32,000 nt of DNA from Dubosiella newyorkensis. GTDB lineage: Bacteria > Bacillota_I > Bacilli_A > Erysipelotrichales > Erysipelotrichaceae. The notes under the pieces are model-generated. The model saw nothing but the letters and a program-made list of their open reading frames with translations. It had not been told where the DNA came from and did not search any database. Numbering within the stretch: the first letter of the stretch is position 1; each line of letters opens with the position of its first letter. Position numbers and translations under genes: made by a program. The stretch lies in the NCBI RefSeq assembly GCF_001945605.1, contig NZ_MPKA01000044.1, positions 152,396 through 184,395 on the forward strand. Reading direction: 5' to 3'. Positions 1 through 6,492 of the stretch are shown piece after piece.

Positions 1-62
1 TGGCATTCCACATCATTTTTTTGTGTTCGTGTGCTACATTGAAAGAAAAAGGAGAGACGTTT

Positions 63-1997
63 ATGTCAATTGAAGCGGCCGACGCGTATGCAGAAGCAAG
101 AAAAGCGGGAAAAAAAGAAGAAGCAGAAGGGAAAGGGCTGCCCGTCCTCGATCAAATCTTACAAGATCCAAGCGAGTATGCTAAGGAAAGGATCGGAATT
201 CGAGAAATTCCTTTAGAGCAAATCGTAGGAACGAAGACAGAAGGACGAAAGGGCGCCATGACAGGGCAGTTTTTACCTCTTTTAAAGGAAGATAGCGAAT
301 TTGCCAATAAGTGGATGCGCTTATATGACGCGCAAATCGAAGAAGGCTTGCGCGACCCGATCAAAGTATACGAATATTATCATCAATATTATGTGGAAGA
401 GGGAAATAAACGCGTTTCTGTCATGAAGTTTTTAGGCGGCAATTCGATCATGGCGGATGTCACTCGAATCTTGCCAAAAAAAGAAAAGACCCAAAAAAGC
501 CAGGCGTACTACGCGTATCTCGATTTTATTCGCGAACACCATCTTAATTTTATCGACTTGCCAAAAAAAGAAGAGTATAGCCAGCTTGAAAAGCTCTTGT
601 CGCTTGGTAAAGAGGAGCGGATGAACCGAGAAAAAGAGCGCCAGATCAAAGCAGAATATGAATTGTTCAAAAAAGCGTTTGCTCAAATCAAAGACGAAGG
701 AATGCATTTGAGCGTTGGAGAAGCGTTTCTCTTGTATTTAGAAACATATGGACTCGAGGGCTTTACTGAAAAAAGCCGGCTCGAGCTTGAAAAAGAATTG
801 CTGCGCATCCAAGCGGATCTGCGCGCTTTTCCAAAAAAACTAGAAGCGAAGATCGAAACCCAGCCCCTCGATAAGGAACTGAAAAAAAGGATCCTGCTCA
901 AACCAAAAGTCAATGTTGGCTTTATTTATGTGAAAGATGAAATGCGCTCGGCTTGGACAAAGCTTCATCTCGAGGGCCAAGAGTATGTCAAGCACCTCAT
1001 GCCAGAAGAAGTGTATACGAAATCGTATTTTGACGCGAACACGTTGGAAGAACAAATCAGCCAGATCGAGAAGGCGATCGAAGACGGGGCGCAAGTCGTC
1101 TTTACAACGTCTCCGATCATGCTGCGGGCAAGCATCATGATGGCGGCCAAATATCCAAAAGTGCAGATCTTGAATTGTTCGCTCAATACACGAACGGGGC
1201 ATTTACGGACTTATTTTGCCCGGAATTTTGAAGTTCAGTTTCTTAACGGGATGATCGCAGGGATCCTCTCGGAATCGGATGAGTTAGGCTATATCGCGGA
1301 TTATCCATTTTATGGGATGATCTCTAATATCAACGCGTTCGCACTAGGAGCTAAGATGGTCAACCCTCGAGCAAGAGTATTTTTGGATTGGTCCACTGCC
1401 AAACAGACGCTGCAGACAGGCCACGAAATCAAGAACGTAGATATCACTTATATTGCAGGAGAAGAGTTCAACACGGAACTCAATTCGCCAAAAATGTTTG
1501 GCTTATACGATCTAAGCAAACAAAGATTCATGAATTTAGCAACTCGCAAATATTATTGGGGAGAATTTTATAAGCAACTTTTGACGAGTATATTGAACGG
1601 ATCGTTCCGTTTGATCGAGCGTCATGGTAACGAGTCGATTAATTACTGGTGGGGATTGAGCAATGGAATGCTGGATCTCTATTTAAAAGATAGTTTGCCT
1701 AAGCAGACAAGACGTTTGATCGAAGTGATGAAGGAACACATGTCTGAGGGAGGATTCAATCTTTTTTCCACAGAAATGAAGGATCAAAAGGGCCGCATTC
1801 GCAACCATGAAAACGAATCGATGTCTTTGCAGGAAATCGCCGACATGGATTGGCTTCTAGAAAATGTGGTCGGAAAGATCCCTAAGCTTTCTGATTTTAC
1901 AGAAGAGGCGCAAGAATTGATTGCCCAATATGGAATCTATTCTCTTCAGGAAGGAAGTGTGGATCATGGAATTGAAGATCCTAGCGATCAGCGATGA
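63..1997 (+). CDS. Cytoplasmic fusion protein with a ParB/Srx-like N-terminal domain, a K/E-rich linker and a BMP-family (PnrA/Med-like, type I binding-protein fold) domain. Function unknown.
   Basis: ORF track 21..1997. I place the start at ATG 63, with AAAGGAGAG 6 nt upstream. 'IREIPLEQIVGT...DPIKVYEY..YYVEEGNKRVSVMKFLG' resembles a ParB/Srx N-terminal fold. 'VGFIYV..VVFTTSP..GYIADYPFYGMISNINAFALGAKMVNPRARV' resembles BMP/PnrA binding proteins. The N-terminus is hydrophilic, with no signal peptide or lipobox. Confidence 0.7.
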   Translation: MSIEAADAYAEARKAGKKEEAEGKGLPVLDQILQDPSEYAKERIGIREIPLEQIVGTKTEGRKGAMTGQFLPLLKEDSEFANKWMRLYDAQIEEGLRDPIKVYEYYHQYYVEEGNKRVSVMKFLGGNSIMADVTRILPKKEKTQKSQAYYAYLDFIREHHLNFIDLPKKEEYSQLEKLLSLGKEERMNREKERQIKAEYELFKKAFAQIKDEGMHLSVGEAFLLYLETYGLEGFTEKSRLELEKELLRIQADLRAFPKKLEAKIETQPLDKELKKRILLKPKVNVGFIYVKDEMRSAWTKLHLEGQEYVKHLMPEEVYTKSYFDANTLEEQISQIEKAIEDGAQVVFTTSPIMLRASIMMAAKYPKVQILNCSLNTRTGHLRTYFARNFEVQFLNGMIAGILSESDELGYIADYPFYGMISNINAFALGAKMVNPRARVFLDWSTAKQTLQTGHEIKNVDITYIAGEEFNTELNSPKMFGLYDLSKQRFMNLATRKYYWGEFYKQLLTSILNGSFRLIERHGNESINYWWGLSNGMLDLYLKDSLPKQTRRLIEVMKEHMSEGGFNLFSTEMKDQKGRIRNHENESMSLQEIADMDWLLENVVGKIPKLSDFTEEAQELIAQYGIYSLQEGSVDHGIEDPSDQR

Positions 1998-2565
1998 AGT
2001 TTCTAAAGCGCTTTATGAGTATTTTGATCCAAAAAAGCTAGAGGGAATCGATATGATCGTTTCTTGTGGGGATCTTCCAGCGTATTATTTGACCTTTTTG
2101 GCGACAGTCTTTCGAGGACCTGTCTTATATATCCATGGCAACCATGATGTCAAGTACGCGTATAAGCCTCCTGAAGGATGCATCTGCATCGAAGATACGA
2201 TCTATGAATATAAAGGCGTCCGTTTTTTGGGGTTGGGAGGCTCTTATCAGTACAACAGCACAGAATGGCAGTTTACTGAAAAACAAATGGAGAAAAGAGT
2301 GCGCAAGCTCTGGTGGATGATCCGTAAATACAAAGGATTTGATGTGCTTGTCACTCATGCTCCGGCTTATCGTTTGAGCGATGGAAAGGATCTTTGCCAC
2401 CGGGGATTCCGTGCTTTTCGAATTTTAATGGACAAATACGCGCCAAAATTATACTTATACGGACATGTCCATATGTCATATGGGGATTTTCCGCGTAAAT
2501 TCTATTACAAGCATACGTTGTGCGTGAATGCGTACGGGTATAATGAAGTGGATTTGAGGGCTTAG
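1966..2565 (+). CDS. Metallophosphoesterase (calcineurin-like phosphoesterase superfamily)
   Basis: ORF track 1921..2565. The likely start is ATG 1966 (MELKILAISD), preceded by AGGAAGGAAG, and it overlaps the upstream stop by 32 nt. Motifs seen: SCGDL, GNHD, VTHAP, GHVH. Motif I reads D-E-V rather than D-x-H. Confidence 0.8.
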   Translation: MELKILAISDEVSKALYEYFDPKKLEGIDMIVSCGDLPAYYLTFLATVFRGPVLYIHGNHDVKYAYKPPEGCICIEDTIYEYKGVRFLGLGGSYQYNSTEWQFTEKQMEKRVRKLWWMIRKYKGFDVLVTHAPAYRLSDGKDLCHRGFRAFRILMDKYAPKLYLYGHVHMSYGDFPRKFYYKHTLCVNAYGYNEVDLRA

Positions 2566-2579
2566 GTCCTCTTTTTTTT
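2556..2579 (+). terminator. Intrinsic terminator after the phosphoesterase gene
   Basis: GAGGGC (2556-2561) / GTCCTC (2566-2571), 6 bp including one G-U pair, loop TTAG, followed by T8 (2572-2579). Confidence 0.6.
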
Positions 2580-2783
2580 GAATCTGTGACAATTTTCACT
2601 ATGTTTATACGTCGAATCCTGAAATACTATATATAAAAGAGATTGTGGTAAGGACTGCATGTTGTTTGTGGCAAAAAGAAATGATGTTGCGAATTTTAAA
2701 GAAATTATCGAAAAGTCAACAAAAAAAGAGCAGAAATTATTCAGTAAACCTGTTAAAATTATGGATAAATATGGGAATTTTGC

Positions 2784-2798
2784 TCGAAAACGCTTGCA
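2784..2798 (+). promoter_or_regulatory. Candidate cre (CcpA) operator overlapping the PTS promoter -35
   Basis: TCGAAAACGCTTGCA compared with cre consensus WTGNAANCGNWNNCW shows one mismatch (C for T at position 2). It overlaps TTGCAT at 2794-2799. Confidence 0.4.
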
Positions 2799-2822
2799 TA
2801 TCAAATAACATATAGATATACT
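2794..2822 (+). promoter_or_regulatory. Sigma-A type promoter of the PTS operon
   Basis: TTGCAT (2794-2799), 17 nt spacer, TATACT (2817-2822). It lies about 38 nt upstream of ATG 2861, which has a GGAGGAG Shine-Dalgarno (SD) sequence. Confidence 0.5.
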
Positions 2823-2860
2823 TACCTTAGTAAATCACATAGTTGAGATGGAGGAGAAAT

Positions 2861-3292
2861 ATGAAATATGTAGTTATGGTAAGCCATGGCGAATTTGCTC
2901 CAGGTCTTCATTCCGCTGTTAAAATGATGACTGGAAATCGTGACGATGTATTATCCACTAGCTTGAAAGAGGATATGAGCGCGGATGAATTCGCGGCGAA
3001 CTTCAAGGAACTTGTGAAAGATCTAAAACCAGGGGAAGATCAAGTGATCTTGCTTGCGGATATTTTGAGCGGATCTCCATTCACGAACGCTTTAAGCGTT
3101 TTGGATGAAAAAGGAATGCTTCAAGACTCGCTTGTGATCGCTGGAATGAACATGCCTCTTGCGATCACGGCTGTGCTCATGAAAGATAACTTTGACGATA
3201 TGAACGCTTTGAAAGAAACGCTGCTTAGTGAAGGAAAAGCGGGATTGACTGAATTCGTCGTTGCTGCTAACGATGACGAAGACGATCTTTAA
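2861..3292 (+). CDS. PTS mannose/fructose/sorbose-family EIIA component
   Basis: ORF track 2843..3292. Start placed at ATG 2861 after GGAGGAG. 'MKYVVMVSHGEFAPGL' carries the conserved phospho-His context of EIIA-Man. Confidence 0.85.
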   Translation: MKYVVMVSHGEFAPGLHSAVKMMTGNRDDVLSTSLKEDMSADEFAANFKELVKDLKPGEDQVILLADILSGSPFTNALSVLDEKGMLQDSLVIAGMNMPLAITAVLMKDNFDDMNALKETLLSEGKAGLTEFVVAANDDEDDL

Positions 3293-3354
3293 AATTGGGT
3301 TTAAGCGTTAGGAAGCGCTGAATCATACGATCAAAATTAGAGGAGGAAAGAAAA

Positions 3355-3846
3355 ATGATTACTTTTATGCGTGTGGATGACCGTATCATTCACGGTCAAA
3401 TCATCACTCGTTGGTCAAAAGAGTACCCTTGTGATGGAATCATCGCGGTCAACGACAAAGCGGCTACGACACCAGTTCTTGCTCAATCTTTTAAAGCAAG
3501 CACGGATAAGAAGGTGTTCGTATGGACGAAGGAACACTTCAAGGAAGTTCAAGACAAAGTTCTGAATTCTCCAAAGCGCTATTTCTTGATCACAAAGAAT
3601 CCTGTGGATATGAAAGAGATCCTCGTAGATATGGATTTCAAGCCTAGCGATGTAAAAAAATTGATCATCGGACCTTGCAATGACCGTCCAGGAGCTACAA
3701 AACTTGGTCAAAACCAAAGTATCACGCAAGAAGAAGCAGACGCTCTTGAAGCGATCTACAAAAAAGGCTATGATGTTGAATTCGCGCTTTTGAAGGAAAC
3801 ATCGATCGGTGAATGGCCAAAATTCAGATCTAAATTCGGTTATTGA
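3355..3846 (+). CDS. PTS mannose/fructose/sorbose-family EIIB component
   Basis: 'MITFMRVDDRIIHGQIITRW' is the typical EIIB-Man/sorbose N-terminus with the phospho-His. Strong RBS GAGGAGGAAAG. Confidence 0.9.
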   Translation: MITFMRVDDRIIHGQIITRWSKEYPCDGIIAVNDKAATTPVLAQSFKASTDKKVFVWTKEHFKEVQDKVLNSPKRYFLITKNPVDMKEILVDMDFKPSDVKKLIIGPCNDRPGATKLGQNQSITQEEADALEAIYKKGYDVEFALLKETSIGEWPKFRSKFGY

Positions 3847-3899
3847 TTGGGAAGAACGATAATCGGTTAGATAAATTTAAGTAAAAGGAGAAGAGTTTT

Positions 3900-4742
3900 A
3901 TGAGTTTATTTCAAGCTATCTTGATTGGTTTGGTTTCTTGTACAGCTGCTTCCACGATTGCTTGCTTAGGTACGACAGTCGGTAACTATACGTTGAACCG
4001 TCCGCTCGTTGCATCCATGATCGTTGGTATCATTCTTGGCGATGTTTCTGGATGTATCTTAATTGGTATCCCTATGCAGGTTATGTGGATCGCGCTCGTT
4101 ACACCTGGTGGAACTGTTGCATCAGACTTACGTGCCGTTTCTTATATCGGTATTCCTCTTGCCTATGTTGGCGTTAAGGCCGCTGGTATCGATCCTGCGT
4201 CCGACGAAGCGTTCCAATTGGCAAGTTCTATTTCGGCCATGACTGGTACGATCGGTATCACGTTGTTCTATGGTACAGCGATGATGAACCTGATCTGGCA
4301 GCATATTGGATGGGCAAAACTTGATAAAGGCGATTTCGAGATCGTTGGAAAAGTAGACGCTTTGATGCCTTTGATCTCTCACTTCTGCTTGTCTTTCTTG
4401 CCTGTTACTTTGCTTTGCTATTTTGGATCCGGAGCCGTTGAAGAAGTATTCAAGACGTTGGATGTATCTGTTTGGTATGTCAAGGCCCTTCTTTGCGTAG
4501 GTTCTGTTCTTCCAGCTGTTGGTATCGCGATCTTGTTGAAATCTGTGGTGAACAAAACATCTGACTTAGTATTCTTCCTTCTTGGTTTCGTTCTTGCAGC
4601 TGCAATGGGATTGACTCTTCTTGCTGCTACAGTTGTTGGTGGTGTATTCGCTTTGATCAACTACCAGATGACAATGATCAAGATCGAGGCAAACAAAGGC
4701 GGCGGAGCTGCTGTTGTCGTTGAAGAAGAGGAGGATATTTAA
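3900..4742 (+). CDS. PTS mannose/fructose/sorbose-family EIIC component
   Basis: Polytopic hydrophobic 280-aa protein sitting between IIB and IID, with RBS AAGGAGAAG. The order IIA-IIB-IIC-IID is typical of this family. Confidence 0.85.
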   Translation: MSLFQAILIGLVSCTAASTIACLGTTVGNYTLNRPLVASMIVGIILGDVSGCILIGIPMQVMWIALVTPGGTVASDLRAVSYIGIPLAYVGVKAAGIDPASDEAFQLASSISAMTGTIGITLFYGTAMMNLIWQHIGWAKLDKGDFEIVGKVDALMPLISHFCLSFLPVTLLCYFGSGAVEEVFKTLDVSVWYVKALLCVGSVLPAVGIAILLKSVVNKTSDLVFFLLGFVLAAAMGLTLLAATVVGGVFALINYQMTMIKIEANKGGGAAVVVEEEEDI

Positions 4743-4744
4743 TT

Positions 4745-5560
4745 ATGAAAAAGATTTCTAAAAAGACATTAAATTCATCCTTCTGGCGTTGGTGGTATGG
4801 AAACTTGACTTGTTTCTCTCACGAACACATGCAGACTTTTGGTTACATGTGGGCGATGATCCCTATTTTGAAGGAATTGTACCCTACTCATGAAGAACAA
4901 GCTGAAAAGCTTCAAACATACTATGCATTCTTCAATACAGAACCTCAAATTGGATGTATCGTAGTCGGTGTTACAGCTGGTTTGGAAGAAGCTCGTGCAA
5001 ATGGCGCTGAAGGAATCGATGATGAAATGATCAATGGTATCCGTGCTGGTTTGATGGGTCCATTGGCTGGTATCGGTGACTCTTTGATCGTTGGTACGTA
5101 TATTCCGATCTTGTTAGGTATCGCGGTAGGTCTTGCTGAAGGCGGATCTGTGATCGGTCCTATCTTCTACATCGTAGTTTGGAATATCACATCGACTTGG
5201 TTCCAAAAATTCGTATTCGATAAAGGATATTCTCTTGGTGGTTCTGCCGTAGAACTTCTCGTTGGTGAAAAGGCGACAGCGTTCCGTGAATCCGTTATCG
5301 TTATGGGTCAAGTTATCGTTGGTGCCATGGCCGCTTCTTGGGTCAACATCACTACTCCACTTCAAATCGCTACGAACTCTGAGGGTGAACCTGTAATGTT
5401 GCAGGCGAACTTAGATGGAGCGTTCCCTAAGATCTTGACAATGTTGTTTGTCGTATTCTGCTGGTGGCTCCAAGCGAAAAAAGGTTTAACACCAATCAAA
5501 GTCCTTCTTTTGATGGCAGTGATCGCTTTCGTTGGATCTGTTTTGGGTATTCTTGGATAG
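4745..5560 (+). CDS. PTS mannose/fructose/sorbose-family EIID component
   Basis: 'LNSSFWRWWYGNLTCFSHEHMQTFGYMWAMIPILKELY' is the typical EIID-Man N-terminal region. The gap to IIC is 2 nt. Confidence 0.9.
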   Translation: MKKISKKTLNSSFWRWWYGNLTCFSHEHMQTFGYMWAMIPILKELYPTHEEQAEKLQTYYAFFNTEPQIGCIVVGVTAGLEEARANGAEGIDDEMINGIRAGLMGPLAGIGDSLIVGTYIPILLGIAVGLAEGGSVIGPIFYIVVWNITSTWFQKFVFDKGYSLGGSAVELLVGEKATAFRESVIVMGQVIVGAMAASWVNITTPLQIATNSEGEPVMLQANLDGAFPKILTMLFVVFCWWLQAKKGLTPIKVLLLMAVIAFVGSVLGILG

Positions 5561-5575
5561 AATTAAAATCAGATG

Positions 5576-5611
5576 GAAGTGAAGATCAACACGTGTCTTC
5601 ACTTCTTTTTT
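5576..5611 (+). terminator. Intrinsic terminator after the PTS IID gene
   Basis: Perfect 10-bp stem GAAGTGAAGA (5576-5585) / TCTTCACTTC (5596-5605), 10-nt loop, then TTTTTT. Confidence 0.75.
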
Positions 5612-5636
5612 ATACTTTTTAGAAAGGGGGTCAAGT

Positions 5637-5963
5637 ATGAAACTATCAAAAAGGGAACGAGAGGCGCTTGCTTTATCCATTCAACAAGAAAATGAAATGC
5701 TGAAGCGCGTAGGAAAGATCATTCGAAATTCATTTGTGGCTTTGGCGGTTTTTCTCTTGTTGTTTTACTGGGGATATTCTGAAATCCATGATGTATTTTT
5801 TCCTAATCTTTCCGCAAGCGGCCATCAAGTGATCAAATGGATCGGGATCATAGGCTCGATCGCATCGCTAGCGATGTTGATCTTCTCATTGACAGCTCGC
5901 CATTATGGAAAGAAGAACGTCTTGAAAAAGATCGATAAGTATCAAGGAAGAACATCTTCGTAG
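5637..5963 (+). CDS. Hypothetical small membrane protein (two predicted TM helices)
   Basis: 108-aa ORF with a strong RBS (AGAAAGGGGG, 8 nt spacing). Two hydrophobic stretches: FVALAVFLLLFYWGY and WIGIIGSIASLAMLIFSL. No family recognised. Confidence 0.6.
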   Translation: MKLSKREREALALSIQQENEMLKRVGKIIRNSFVALAVFLLLFYWGYSEIHDVFFPNLSASGHQVIKWIGIIGSIASLAMLIFSLTARHYGKKNVLKKIDKYQGRTSS

Positions 5964-6044
5964 ATTTACTTTGGTCACTGTTCTTCACATATTTTTACAT
6001 ATTGTTGACATATTGAGTAGGTAGGATTTGAGTATTCTATAACC

Positions 6045-6124
6045 GAGCAAAGAAATGCTCACTTCATAATCAAATTCCCTTTCTTAAAACTTTCTTGGAA
6101 AGAACCAGCGCGAGCTGGTTTTTT
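6045..6124 (+). ncRNA. Candidate sRNA, unit A (5' hairpin, CU-rich single-stranded core, intrinsic terminator)
   Basis: A -10-like TATTCT (6033-6038) ends 6 nt before the hairpin GAGCA-aagaaa-TGCTC (6045-6060). The core has 2x CTTTCTT (6079-6085, 6090-6096). The terminator is AACCAGC-GCGA-GCTGGTT (6103-6120) plus a T-run to 6124. No conserved ORF. Confidence 0.45.
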
Positions 6125-6190
6125 CTTTTATACCGTTATTTCACATAAGTCTCCCATTCGATTGCGAAGATGAATTGTTATGATATAAAA

Positions 6191-6263
6191 GAACAGAAAG
6201 TAATCTGTTCACTTCATAATCAAATTTCCTTTCTTAAAAAAGTCGGTGTTTGCCGATTTTTTT
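6191..6263 (+). ncRNA. Candidate sRNA, unit B (shorter paralog)
   Basis: An extended -10 TGtTATGAT (6176-6184) ends 6 nt before the hairpin GAACAG-aaagtaat-CTGTTC (6191-6210). The same core follows, with one CTTTCTT. The terminator is TCGGT-gttt-GCCGA (6243-6256) plus T7. Confidence 0.4.
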
Positions 6264-6344
6264 CTTTTTTATGCTTTAGTGCTTTCACATCAAATCACAA
6301 ATTATATACATATTAAAAAAGTAGGTTTTAGGTATTCTATAACC

Positions 6345-6426
6345 GAGCAAAGAAATGCTCACTTCATAATCAAATTCCCTTTCTTAAAACTTTCTTGGAA
6401 AAAAACCAGCTCTAGCTGGTTTTTTT
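6345..6426 (+). ncRNA. Candidate sRNA, unit C (near-identical to unit A)
   Basis: Same -10-like element, hairpin and core as unit A. The terminator AACCAGC-TCTA-GCTGGTT (6404-6421) has a different loop on the same stem, followed by a T-run to 6426. Confidence 0.45.
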
Positions 6427-6471
6427 CATATTTACCTAAAAATCATGTAAGGTTTCTTTATGATAGGAATC

Positions 6472-6480
6472 TGATATAAT
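6472..6480 (+). promoter_or_regulatory. Extended -10 promoter element upstream of the glycolipid gene cluster
   Basis: TGaTATAAT at 6472-6480. No good -35. It lies only 12 nt before ATG 6493, so the true start codon may be ATG 6505. Confidence 0.35.
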
Positions 6481-6492
6481 GAGCCCGAAAGG

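Larger units (their letters stand above)
5984..6426 (+). repeat. Three tandem, roughly 150-bp diverged repeat units (A, B, C), each carrying an sRNA-like module
   Basis: 6032-6101 is identical to 6332-6401 (70/70). Unit B keeps TCACTTCATAATCAAATT[C/T]CCTTTCTTAAAA at 6209-6239, matching 6059-6089 and 6359-6389, so the phase is exactly 150 bp. TTCACAT occurs near each unit start (5984, 6140, 6284). Confidence 0.85.

Noticed and set aside
2760-2800. Sigma-54 (-24/-12) promoter upstream of the mannose-family PTS.
   Set aside because: No GG-N10-GC arrangement is present: TTGCA at 2794-2798 has CTCGAA where TGGCAC should be. A sigma-A TTGCAT-17-TATACT fits instead.
2562-2804. 80-aa minus-strand ORF in the phosphoesterase/PTS intergenic region, plus many 60-130-aa antisense ORFs inside well-supported genes.
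   Set aside because: They have no RBS and no recognisable family. They are antisense to, or overlap, strongly supported genes and signals, which is typical of chance frames.
2951-2959. DnaA-box-like TTATCCACT.
   Set aside because: It is a single 8/9 match inside the EIIA coding sequence with no clustering, so chance is the likeliest explanation.
6055-6069. Mini-ORFs in the repeat core: ATG CTC ACT TCA TAA (MLTS) on the plus strand, and on the minus strand SD-ATG-AAG-TGA (AAGAAAGGGA, 8 nt, ATGAAGTGA).
   Set aside because: The plus-strand ATG is absent from unit B. The minus-strand orientation runs against all three strong T-run terminators. There is no evidence of translation.
5984-6426. Whether the periodic repeats are a CRISPR array.
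   Set aside because: The units are about 150 bp with an internal promoter, hairpin and terminator architecture. There are only three of them, there is no short direct repeat and spacer alternation, and no cas genes are nearby.
6246-6479. 77-aa ORF spanning repeat units B and C.
   Set aside because: It reads through an intrinsic terminator. The homologous frame in the identical unit A is closed by TAG at 6018-6020 and has no start codon. Conservation therefore acts on RNA or DNA, not on a protein.
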